A stretch of 64,000 nucleotides of DNA from an uncultured bacterium (GTDB lineage: Bacteria; Patescibacteriota; Minisyncoccia; Phycocordibacterales; Phycocordibacteraceae), in NCBI GenBank assembly GCA_947085985.1, contig CAMTYL010000004.1:150885-214884 (forward strand), read 5' to 3'. A program made the translations under genes and the position numbers. Below the pieces are notes generated by a model. It had not been told where the DNA came from. It saw nothing but the letters and a program-made list of their open reading frames with translations, and ran no database searches. Below, piece after piece: positions 37,657 through 45,264 of the stretch. Position 1 is the stretch's first letter; each line of letters starts with the position of its first letter.

Positions 37657-37852
37657 AATGAAAAAACGCCTTCGGGCGTTTTTTCATTTGGTGCCCAGGA
37701 AGCAGGGTGTCTGCACACCCTGCAGGAGGACTTGAAAGCCGGAGCGATGCTTTGCTCAGCAGAGCAAAGCCGCGAGGCGGGGCTGCGACCGAGCCGAGTG
37801 ACGACGAGGCGAGAGTTGTAGCCAAAAGCGTAATCGCGTGTCCTCTCCTGGG
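37653..37852 (+). repeat. tRNA-3'-associated structured element, Leu copy (element B)
   Basis: 25-bp hairpin CCTGGGCACCAAATGAAAAAACGCC-ttcg-GGCGTTTTTTCATTTGGTGCCCAGG. GCAGGGTG-tctgca-CACCCTGC hairpin. Core carries GGAGGACTTGAAAGCCGGAGCGAT, GCGAGGCGGGG, GAGTGACGACGAG and AAAGCG-TAAT-CGC. Direct repeat GTCCTCTCCTGGGC at 37639 and 37839, exactly 200 bp apart. Confidence 0.65.
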
Positions 37853-37898
37853 CCGCATTTCATCATTTTCCGAAAAACGTGCTATAACGCATCTACAT

Positions 37899-37972
37899 GG
37901 CGGCTATAGTTTAGTGGTAAAACTCAGGTTTGTGGAGCCTGTATCGAGAGTTCGATTCTCTCTAGCCGCCCA
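37899..37972 (+). tRNA. tRNA-His (anticodon GTG) with G-1
   Basis: G-1 followed by GCGGCTA acceptor and discriminator C. Anticodon loop TTGTGGA. T-arm GAGAG-TTCGATT-CTCTC. Confidence 0.85.
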
Positions 37973-38175
37973 GATATGAAAACCGCCTTTGGCGGCTTTT
38001 TCATATCTGGGCGGCTAAGCAGGTAATCTGCATTACCTGCGAGAGAGAATCGAACGCCGGAGCATGTTTCTCTCAGTAGAGAGAAACAGCGAGGCGGTGC
38101 CCAGAGCAAGCCGAGTGACGACGAGGCGCAGACTCGCGGGCGAAAGTGGTAATCCACGTTTCTCTCTAGCCGCCC
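37973..38175 (+). repeat. tRNA-3'-associated structured element, His copy (element C)
   Basis: Hairpin TAGCCGCCCAGATATGAAAACCGCC-tttg-GCGGCTTTTTCATATCTGGGCGGCTA. GCAGGTAAT-ctgc-ATTACCTGC hairpin. Core carries GAGAGAGAATCGAACGCCGGAGC, GCGAGGCGGTG, GAGTGACGACGAG and CGAAAG-TGG-TAAT-CCA-CG. 17-nt direct repeat TTCTCTCTAGCCGCCCA at 37956 and 38159. Confidence 0.65.
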
Positions 38176-38286
38176 AAATCAGCCAACCCAGAAGTGAATA
38201 CTTCCGGGTTGTTGCTGTTTGCAGAAGCTAGCTTGTCTTTTGGTCTGGTTGCACATACCATTCCCTTCGGAAAAGGGGGTATCAAC

Positions 38287-38859
38287 ATGTACAAAGTTTT
38301 TGCAGGGTTCAAGGTTCCCGAAATCTTGAACCCGTTTGCGGAAAATATCGACCGACTCGTGGTGGTACACGGCGGACCTGTCGTGCGGCGTAAACACCCA
38401 CTACACGTCACCGTCATGGCGCCACGAACCGTACGAGATCAGCAGCGCCATGAGCTCGAAGCGTTTGCACAGGAGTTCAATACTGACTACGGAAATGTGC
38501 CGTGTCGTATTGCGTCCCTTCAGCGCTACGAGCACCGCAGCAAGAAGTTCTTTGTTGCAAGTCTCACGGGGCAGCAATTGAGCGACACCATTGATCACTT
38601 TCACCACGAGCTGCATAGGAGATTTTCCTTCACACGGCGTCAACATGAGGGAACAAAGCCTCACATAACGCTGGTCAGCTCCAAGCACACGCGAAGGCAA
38701 GAGGTGTTTGACCGCGTGGTCAGTGCCGCTCACAGTATTGAGTACCCGCGAGAGCCTCTCCGTCTCCCGCACATCGTTCTTCATGTCCACAAGGAGGGAA
38801 CAGAATTACCGCACGTTTCGCCGCCACCAGGTGAACCGCACGCTGGGTGGCAGCCATAG
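38287..38859 (+). CDS. 2H phosphoesterase superfamily protein (LigT / 2'-5' RNA ligase-like)
   Basis: Two H-x-T/S-x motifs (HVTVM; HITLVS) at the expected spacing. AAGGGGG RBS before ATG 38287. Confidence 0.6.
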   Translation: MYKVFAGFKVPEILNPFAENIDRLVVVHGGPVVRRKHPLHVTVMAPRTVRDQQRHELEAFAQEFNTDYGNVPCRIASLQRYEHRSKKFFVASLTGQQLSDTIDHFHHELHRRFSFTRRQHEGTKPHITLVSSKHTRRQEVFDRVVSAAHSIEYPREPLRLPHIVLHVHKEGTELPHVSPPPGEPHAGWQP

Positions 38860-38918
38860 CGAGTCGGAGAAGGGAGGGTCGCATGACCCTCCCTTGTCAC
38901 TTTGGTATACTCACTTCC

Positions 38919-39338
38919 ATGAAATCATTCATTAAAGAATTTAAGACATTCGCCCTTAGAGGAAACGCCATAGATTTGGCAATCGGAGTCGTGATTGGTG
39001 CGGCGTTCAACGCCGTCACTACCTCCTTGGTGGCTAACATCATGACCCCACCCCTCTCCCTCCTGACCAGGGGTATAAATTTCAGTGATTTGGCAGTTAG
39101 TATTCCTGGTACTGATGCTCACATTCAGTACGGACTCTTTATCCAGGCGGTCATATCTTTTGTTATCACCGCATTCGCGCTCTTCTTGCTCGTGCACGGC
39201 ATGAACAAATTGGCAGCGGCGGCAAAGAGGGAACAGGAAGAGGGAACGGCACCACCACCCCCAAAGAGCCCAGAATTAGAGGTGCTTGAAGAGATTCGTG
39301 ACGCACTCAAAGCGCCAGAAAAGGAAATTAACATCTAA
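38919..39338 (+). CDS. mscL: large-conductance mechanosensitive channel
   Basis: MKSFIKEFKTFALRGNAIDLAIGVVIGAAF N-terminus, 139 aa. TGGTATACT box 7 nt before the ATG. Confidence 0.85.
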   Translation: MKSFIKEFKTFALRGNAIDLAIGVVIGAAFNAVTTSLVANIMTPPLSLLTRGINFSDLAVSIPGTDAHIQYGLFIQAVISFVITAFALFLLVHGMNKLAAAAKREQEEGTAPPPPKSPELEVLEEIRDALKAPEKEINI

Positions 39339-39341
39339 TGC

Positions 39342-40004
39342 ATGAAGCAACTGTTTGCGCTCACCACGATACTAGTAGTTGTGGGCATTGGCGGTTTTCT
39401 ATATAGAAACGCCCTTGAGCGACCAATCACGGTTGGGGAAGGTGAGGGAGCTTGTACAAAAGAAGCGAAGCTTTGCCCTGACGGAAGCGCAGTCGGACGA
39501 ACAGGGCCCACGTGCTCCTTTGCCTCGTGCGCACTACCGAATGCTGAGGACGCCACCATCGGCATTTCTTTTGTCATTCCTGCTGGATACGCGCAAAAGC
39601 CAGACACTGTCGCCTCCGACCAAACACTCCGCTGGGTGCTTGAAAAGCCTCTCAATCAAGATGAGAGCCACTCCATCATCATTCGTCACTACACCACTGC
39701 GCCAGACGAAGACCCTAATGTACTTATTAGAAGGCACTCAGTTCTTGAGCCTAAGGGAGAAGCACCAGAGTCCATGGCCCTCTACGAGATCGCGAACCTG
39801 GGTAGATACGAGTTCCGCTCCATAACATTAGAGCGGTTTGAAGGCATCGTGCGCACCGCCTACTTTTTAGTGCGAGACCAAGACGTACTGCAGTTTGAAG
39901 TTGTAGAGCGTGGCGTTGATTGGACGAACCCTGACCTGGTAATTACTGCGCTTCCTGAACACAAAGCACTACTTTCCTTGCTCACCACACTCCAATCAAA
40001 CTAG
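39342..40004 (+). CDS. membrane-anchored hypothetical protein
   Basis: N-terminal TM helix LFALTTILVVVGIGGFLY, then a Cys-containing extracytoplasmic domain. Confidence 0.4.
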   Translation: MKQLFALTTILVVVGIGGFLYRNALERPITVGEGEGACTKEAKLCPDGSAVGRTGPTCSFASCALPNAEDATIGISFVIPAGYAQKPDTVASDQTLRWVLEKPLNQDESHSIIIRHYTTAPDEDPNVLIRRHSVLEPKGEAPESMALYEIANLGRYEFRSITLERFEGIVRTAYFLVRDQDVLQFEVVERGVDWTNPDLVITALPEHKALLSLLTTLQSN

Positions 40005-40008
40005 ACGG

Positions 40009-40779
40009 TTACTCAAGCAAAAGCAGTAGAGCCATTACCAAGATACCTACTCCAATAGCAATAAGCTGGGTGAACGATTTCTTAATACCCGAAGTTTTAT
40101 GAAGCTCCGGTATCAAGTCCGAGCCGGCTATGTAAATAAACATTCCTGCCGAAAAAGCTGCAATGAGTGGAGCGGCGCTCTCAAAAAAGCTTGCAAGCAC
40201 AAACGCAAGACCAACTCCCACAAAGGCAGAAACTGCAGAGAAGAGGTTCATGATGAGCGCCTGTGTGCGTGAGAATCCCGCGTGCACCAAGAGTGCAAAG
40301 TCTCCAATCTCTTGCGGAATCTCATGAAGAAGAATTGCTGCGGTCGTGGCGATACCAACAGCGGGGGAGACCATAAAGGCCGCACCAATAGCAACACCGT
40401 CAATCAGGTTGTGCATGCCGTCTGATACCAGCACCAGGTGTCCTAGGGGGTGAATGCGAGCATGTTCGGCAGCATCAAGCGGCTCGTCCGCGTGTACGTG
40501 ATGCCAGTGGAGAAATTTCTCTAATACAAAAAACGTGAAGAACCCCGTGAGAACCAGTAGGGATACTGCAAGGGCACTCTCTGCCTCCGCAAATGCCTCT
40601 GGCAAAAGGTGAATGAATGCATCTCCGAGCAGGGCACCGGCTGCAATAGAAATAAGAATAAAAAGCACACGTCGCAAGCGCGCCTCGTTCCAGGCAAGAG
40701 TGACAATACCAAGAAGCGAAACAGAGCTCACGAGGGCGACGGCAACCACTGCTGGAATGAGGTATGTGAGTGTATCCAT
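40009..40779 (-). CDS. zupT: ZIP-family zinc transporter (ZupT-like)
   Basis: HNLIDGVAIGAAF and LHEIPQEIGDFA motifs. ATG 40779 gives 257 aa. The ORF-track N-terminal extension was rejected. Confidence 0.8.
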   Translation of the reverse strand: MDTLTYLIPAVVAVALVSSVSLLGIVTLAWNEARLRRVLFILISIAAGALLGDAFIHLLPEAFAEAESALAVSLLVLTGFFTFFVLEKFLHWHHVHADEPLDAAEHARIHPLGHLVLVSDGMHNLIDGVAIGAAFMVSPAVGIATTAAILLHEIPQEIGDFALLVHAGFSRTQALIMNLFSAVSAFVGVGLAFVLASFFESAAPLIAAFSAGMFIYIAGSDLIPELHKTSGIKKSFTQLIAIGVGILVMALLLLLE

Positions 40780-40861
40780 ATCGTGTACCGTACAAGACAA
40801 TATAATTAGATGCAAATCATTCGCAGGTGGAAAAGTTACCTTCTTCGCGTATGATGGGGGA

Positions 40862-41287
40862 GTGAAAACAGCACCACCACAAACGGAACTGCAGCTACTT
40901 AAGACTGCGGGGCTGCGCGCCACGACGCAACGCGTTGCGCTCCTGCACGTACTTTCGCGCGCCACAAAGCCTCAATCAGTAGAGGCGCTTACGCGTTCGC
41001 TGCGAGGGGAATTGGACATGGCAACCGCATATCGCACGCTCAGTACTTTTGTAGAGGCTGGTTTTGTGCGACAAGTAGAGCTTTCAGCGGGTAAGGCGTT
41101 TTACGAGATAGCAGGAGAGCACCACCATCATGTGGTGTGCACTACCTGTAATCGAATTGAGGATGTGGACGTGTGCCTGCCGGACGCTCTTTCTAGTACG
41201 GCACGCAAGTCATCGGGCTTCGCGTCCATACGTGAACACACCCTAGAATTTTTTGGTACGTGTAAGCGATGTGCACGCGCGGTATGA
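40862..41287 (+). CDS. zur: Fur-family metalloregulator, likely Zur
   Basis: TTQRVALLHVL winged helix. HHHHVVCTTCNRIEDVD and CKRCA metal sites. Start is probably GTG 40862 since there is no in-frame ATG. Divergent from zupT. Confidence 0.7.
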   Translation: MKTAPPQTELQLLKTAGLRATTQRVALLHVLSRATKPQSVEALTRSLRGELDMATAYRTLSTFVEAGFVRQVELSAGKAFYEIAGEHHHHVVCTTCNRIEDVDVCLPDALSSTARKSSGFASIREHTLEFFGTCKRCARAV

Positions 41288-42411
41288 GCAAAATCATACT
41301 CTCGCTCCTCGTAGCTTTCTCAGTTCTCGCTCCCGTGGTGGCGGTAGCGCAGTCACTTACGCCCGACACTGAAACATTTGAAAGAGCTCGAGTCATATCA
41401 GTGGGAATGGAATCTGTGGCGCAGCTTCCTGGCACTGACACGACCGCAAAGACACAAGAAATTACCGTCAGGGTGCTCTCAGGTGCGGACAAGGGGGAGG
41501 AAGTAACGTTTGTGAATGATTTCACTCAACTGTCTGTTGGGGACGAATTCTTTTTGCGTCACGAAGTGAGCGCGAGCGAGGGGAGAGAGTATTACGCCGT
41601 GGCCGATCCGTATCGTCTACATGTGCTCATCGCACTACTAATCATATTTATTGTGTTGACCGTGCTGGTTGGCGGTAAACAGGGTGTGCGGGGACTCCTC
41701 TCGCTCGCAGGAAGCATGTTTCTCATCATGTATGTGCTACTTCCAGGAATTTCAGCAGGGCACTCGCCAATGGTGGTAGCGATTGGAACCGCATCTCTGA
41801 TTATCATTGCCGGCTCCTACGTGACACATGGAATTAATCGCACCACTACTGCAGCCGTACTCGGAATGATTATTACGGTGGTGATTACGGGCATTGCTGC
41901 CTGGTATACCGTCACTCTTGCACACCTATCAGGGTACGCCTCCGAGGAGGTGACATACGTCTTCTTTCAGTTTAACGGCACCATAGACCTGGTCGGTCTG
42001 TTGCTCGGCGGAATCCTCATCGGTCTTCTTGGGGTGCTGTATGACAGCGCCATTGGTCAGGCGGTTGCCGTAGAAGAGTTGATGCGCGCAGGCAAGGAAC
42101 TCTCTCCCGCACATGTGTTTGGTAGAGCTATGCGTATGGGGCGCGAACACATTGGCGCGCTCGTAAACACGCTTGCTATTGCGTACGTGGGCGCCGCGCT
42201 CCCGCTCCTCTTGCTGCTTGAGAAGGCTTCAGCATCTTTTGCATATCTGGTAAACGCTGAAGTTCTAGCAACGGAAATTATTCGCATCTTGATAGGGAGT
42301 ATCGGGCTCATTTTGGCTGTTCCTATAACAACAGCCATCGCCGTGCTTATTCTTGGTACCTATGGCATTCCTGAAAGAAAAGCGCCCGCCCACCGTCATA
42401 CGCATGAGTGA
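41284..42411 (+). CDS. YibE/F-family membrane protein
   Basis: Signal and periplasmic N-domain, then multiple TM helices. ATGA overlap with the zur stop. Confidence 0.65.
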   Translation: MSKIILSLLVAFSVLAPVVAVAQSLTPDTETFERARVISVGMESVAQLPGTDTTAKTQEITVRVLSGADKGEEVTFVNDFTQLSVGDEFFLRHEVSASEGREYYAVADPYRLHVLIALLIIFIVLTVLVGGKQGVRGLLSLAGSMFLIMYVLLPGISAGHSPMVVAIGTASLIIIAGSYVTHGINRTTTAAVLGMIITVVITGIAAWYTVTLAHLSGYASEEVTYVFFQFNGTIDLVGLLLGGILIGLLGVLYDSAIGQAVAVEELMRAGKELSPAHVFGRAMRMGREHIGALVNTLAIAYVGAALPLLLLLEKASASFAYLVNAEVLATEIIRILIGSIGLILAVPITTAIAVLILGTYGIPERKAPAHRHTHE

Positions 42412-42465
42412 TATACTTGAGATATCCCGCCTTTTTGGCGAATTTAAGAATAAAACTATCGTTGT

Positions 42466-43257
42466 ATGACAGATTTCTTGGCAAACAAGAACGTGCGCTA
42501 CGCAGTACTTAGTGTACTCGTACTTCTCTCACTTTTTCTAGCAGCCGCCACCTGGGACGCGCTTTTTGGTCGCGACCAGTTTGAGCCTACGAATGTGGTG
42601 ACCGTAGAGGGGACGGGCGAAGTGTTTCTCGTGCCGGACGTTGCTCAGATAACGTTTAGTGTCACTGAATCCGCAGCCTCTGTGAAGGCTGCACAAGAGG
42701 CAGCAACTAAAAAGACTGATGCCGCTGTAGAAGCAATAAAGGGTCTTGGCGTTGATGATAAGGACGTAAAGACCCTAAGCTACAATGTCTCACCAAAGTA
42801 TGAGTACAATCAGCCGTGTCGCCCAGGTATGGCGTGTCCTGGCATGGTCTATGGCTCTTCACGCATTGTTGGATACGAAGTATCACAAACCATTGAGGTT
42901 CGCGTAAAGGATACGGCAAAGGCAAGCGAGGCACTCGCAGCGCTTGGCGAAATTGGTGTGCAGAATATCTACGGGCCAAACTTTATGGTTGACGACGAGG
43001 ACGCCGCGCGCGCCGAGGCTCGCGGGAAAGCCATTGAGGAAGCTCGCGCCAAAGCAAAAGTGCTTGCCAAGCAGCTTGGCGTATCGCTTGGCGAAGTGAT
43101 CAGCTACTCAGAGGGTAGCATGTACCCTCAGCCGATGATGTATAGCGCCGTTGCCAAGGGTGGCATGATGGACACTCGTATGGAGGCAGCGCCGTCACTT
43201 CCAACTGGCGAGAACAAGACAACAGTCACGGTCTCTATTACGTACGAGATTCGCTAG
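42466..43257 (+). CDS. SIMPL-domain (DUF541/BP26-like) periplasmic protein
   Basis: N-terminal anchor, then a domain with VAQITFSV...EVRVKD pattern typical of SIMPL. Confidence 0.7.
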   Translation: MTDFLANKNVRYAVLSVLVLLSLFLAAATWDALFGRDQFEPTNVVTVEGTGEVFLVPDVAQITFSVTESAASVKAAQEAATKKTDAAVEAIKGLGVDDKDVKTLSYNVSPKYEYNQPCRPGMACPGMVYGSSRIVGYEVSQTIEVRVKDTAKASEALAALGEIGVQNIYGPNFMVDDEDAARAEARGKAIEEARAKAKVLAKQLGVSLGEVISYSEGSMYPQPMMYSAVAKGGMMDTRMEAAPSLPTGENKTTVTVSITYEIR

Positions 43258-43272
43258 GGAATAAGAACAGTT

Positions 43273-43306
43273 ACGCAAAAACCTCCCAGCAGGGAGGTTT
43301 TTGCGT
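43273..43306 (+). terminator. intrinsic terminator
   Basis: ACGCAAAAACCTCCC-agca-GGGAGGTTTTTGCGT. Confidence 0.7.
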
Positions 43307-43396
43307 TATTGACACTTTGGGGGAGTGCGGTATCATATTCACTACATAAAGGCCCGCAGGGCTTTTTTATTTACGAGACGAAATAACTCCAGAGCT

Positions 43397-43585
43397 ATGC
43401 GCGCATTCATCAGCTATCTCAAGAACGTACAGGGCGAGTTGAAGCACGTGGTGTGGCCAAAGCGCAACACGGCAATTATTCACACCGCCATCATCATTTT
43501 GATCTCGGCGTTTGTGGCACTCTACATTGCGGGTCTGGACTACGTGTTCACGAGCGTGGTGAATCGTCTTGTTTCGGGCTATTAG
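43397..43585 (+). CDS. secE: preprotein translocase subunit SecE
   Basis: MRAFISYLKNVQGELKHVVWPKRNTAIIHTAIIILISAFVALYIAGLD: 62-aa single-TM protein directly upstream of nusG. Confidence 0.75.
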   Translation: MRAFISYLKNVQGELKHVVWPKRNTAIIHTAIIILISAFVALYIAGLDYVFTSVVNRLVSGY

Positions 43586-43604
43586 TCGGTAATACAACTC
43601 TAGT

Positions 43605-44174
43605 ATGGACACAAAGACCGCACCCCACTTTTCAGAAGAGGCAGAGAACAGCGAGCCACGCTGGTACACCATTCACACCTACGCAGGATATGAGAATGCC
43701 GTTGAGCGCAACCTAAAGCAGCGCATTGAGAGTCTTGGTATGGAGCACAAAATCTTTGAGGTGGTCGTTCCTACCGAGAAGAAGATTCGCGTAAAGGCAG
43801 GGAAGCGCATCGTAGAGGAAGAGAAGATTTACCCGGGCTACATCCTCGTAAAGATGATTGTGGACGAGGACTCATGGTTCGTGGTGCGCAACACGCCCCG
43901 TGTGACTGGGTTCGTAGGAAGCGGCACGACACCGGTGCCAATGGAAGAGAGTGAGGTCACAACGCTTATGAAGCGTATGGGCCAAGAGGCGCCAAAGCAC
44001 CGCATCGACCTCGTGAAGGACGACCCAGTAGCTATCGTTGATGGACCGTTTAAGGATCTCGAGGGCAAGATTGGAGAAATTGACGAGGATCGCGGAAAGG
44101 TAAAGGTGCTTGTAGCTATGTTCGGCCGCGAGACCCCAGTAGAGTTAGATTTCCTGCAAATTAGGAAATTGTAA
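43605..44174 (+). CDS. nusG: transcription termination/antitermination factor NusG
   Basis: NGN domain (WYTIHTYAGYENAV) and KOW domain (GPFKDLEGKIGEID). Confidence 0.9.
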   Translation: MDTKTAPHFSEEAENSEPRWYTIHTYAGYENAVERNLKQRIESLGMEHKIFEVVVPTEKKIRVKAGKRIVEEEKIYPGYILVKMIVDEDSWFVVRNTPRVTGFVGSGTTPVPMEESEVTTLMKRMGQEAPKHRIDLVKDDPVAIVDGPFKDLEGKIGEIDEDRGKVKVLVAMFGRETPVELDFLQIRKL

Positions 44175-44204
44175 TCCATTTATGGATTACTAATTTTCTT
44201 ACTT

Positions 44205-44239
44205 ATAAATGTGGCGAGCATTCCCCGCGCCACATTTAT
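44205..44239 (+). terminator. hairpin/terminator between nusG and rplK
   Basis: ATAAATGTGGCG...CGCCACATTTAT 12-bp stem. Preceded by palindrome GTAATCCAT-tt-ATGGATTAC at 44171-44190. Confidence 0.5.
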
Positions 44240-44257
44240 GTTAGGAAATAGGACGCA

Positions 44258-44286
44258 TTGACCCAAAGCATTATTTAGGATACATT
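44258..44286 (+). promoter_or_regulatory. candidate sigma70 promoter for rplK
   Basis: TTGACC, 17-nt spacer, TACATT. ATG at 44295. Confidence 0.45.
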
Positions 44287-44294
44287 CCACACAC

Positions 44295-44714
44295 ATGGCA
44301 AAAGCAGTTAAAAAAATCAAACTCCAAATCCCAGGCGGCAAGGCTACTCCAGCTCCGCCTATTGGTACCGTGCTTGGACCTGCCGGTGTGAACATTGGTG
44401 ACTTCGTCAACAAGTTCAACGAGGCAACCAAGGACAAGCCAGGCATCATTATTCCGGTTGAAATGACCGTGTACGATGACCGCACCTTCACCTTCATCAT
44501 GAAGGTGTCTCCGATGCCTCGTCTTATTTTGAAGGCGCTTGGCGTTGAGAAGGGTTCTGGAAAGGCTCCGCTTGCACGTGTCGGTACACTCTCACGCGCT
44601 CAGGTTCGTGAGATCGCCGAGACTAAGATGCCAGACCTTACTGCAAATAGCATTGAGGCAGCAGAGCGCATGGTAGAGGGCACGGCCCGCTCCATGGGCG
44701 TGGAGGTAAAGTAA
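44295..44714 (+). CDS. rplK: 50S ribosomal protein L11
   Basis: [34 protein letters not shown]... Confidence 0.9.
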   Translation: MAKAVKKIKLQIPGGKATPAPPIGTVLGPAGVNIGDFVNKFNEATKDKPGIIIPVEMTVYDDRTFTFIMKVSPMPRLILKALGVEKGSGKAPLARVGTLSRAQVREIAETKMPDLTANSIEAAERMVEGTARSMGVEVK

Positions 44715-44764
44715 GGATGCTTAAACAAAAAACTGCAGGGCAAGCCCTGCGGTTTTTTGTATTT

Positions 44765-45262
44765 CTACGGACGCTCAAGCACCACCCAGTCGTAGGAAAT
44801 TCCATTTTCCTCCCGCGTCTCTCGCGACAATTCATTCGTGAAGTCACTGTAGTCAGGGAAGGTGACGCTACCTGCTGTGGCATCGTCCACAAGCGTAAGA
44901 TACAGGCGACTGGCGAAGGGGAGTGCTGCTCGGTATAACTCTCCACCACCAATTATAAAGATTTCATTGCTGCCTTCGGCTTCTTTTGCGTAGGAGAGTG
45001 CTTCAGGAAATGAGTATGCGGTTTGTGCCCCCTTCGCTTCGTACCAGCCGCTCCTTGTCACTACGAAGTTGGCGCGCCCTGGCAGCGGGCGAAACTTCTC
45101 TGGAAGAGACTCCCATGTTTTGCGGCCCATGATTACGGGGTGCCCCTTGGTAATCTCTTTAAAATGCGCGAGGTCGCCCGGAAGATGCCAGGGCAGATCA
45201 GTGCCGGTACCAATAACGCGGTCGTGTCCGAGGGCTGCAATAAGACTGATGCGAGGGTTCAT
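44765..45262 (-). CDS. folA: dihydrofolate reductase
   Basis: ISLIAALGHDRVIG, PWHLPGDLAHFKEIT and GRKTWESLP motifs. Confidence 0.85.
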   Translation of the reverse strand: MNPRISLIAALGHDRVIGTGTDLPWHLPGDLAHFKEITKGHPVIMGRKTWESLPEKFRPLPGRANFVVTRSGWYEAKGAQTAYSFPEALSYAKEAEGSNEIFIIGGGELYRAALPFASRLYLTLVDDATAGSVTFPDYSDFTNELSRETREENGISYDWVVLERP

Positions 45263-45264
45263 AG

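Noticed and set aside
40780-40965. N-terminal extension of the zupT ORF (40009-40965)
   Set aside because: ZIP homology starts at MDTLTYLIPAV (ATG 40779). The extension overlaps the zur promoter/operator region.
43307-43396. Search for a tRNA-Trp upstream of secE
   Set aside because: No cloverleaf could be folded. The region holds a promoter-like TTGACA, an ATCATAT box and a short GC hairpin only.
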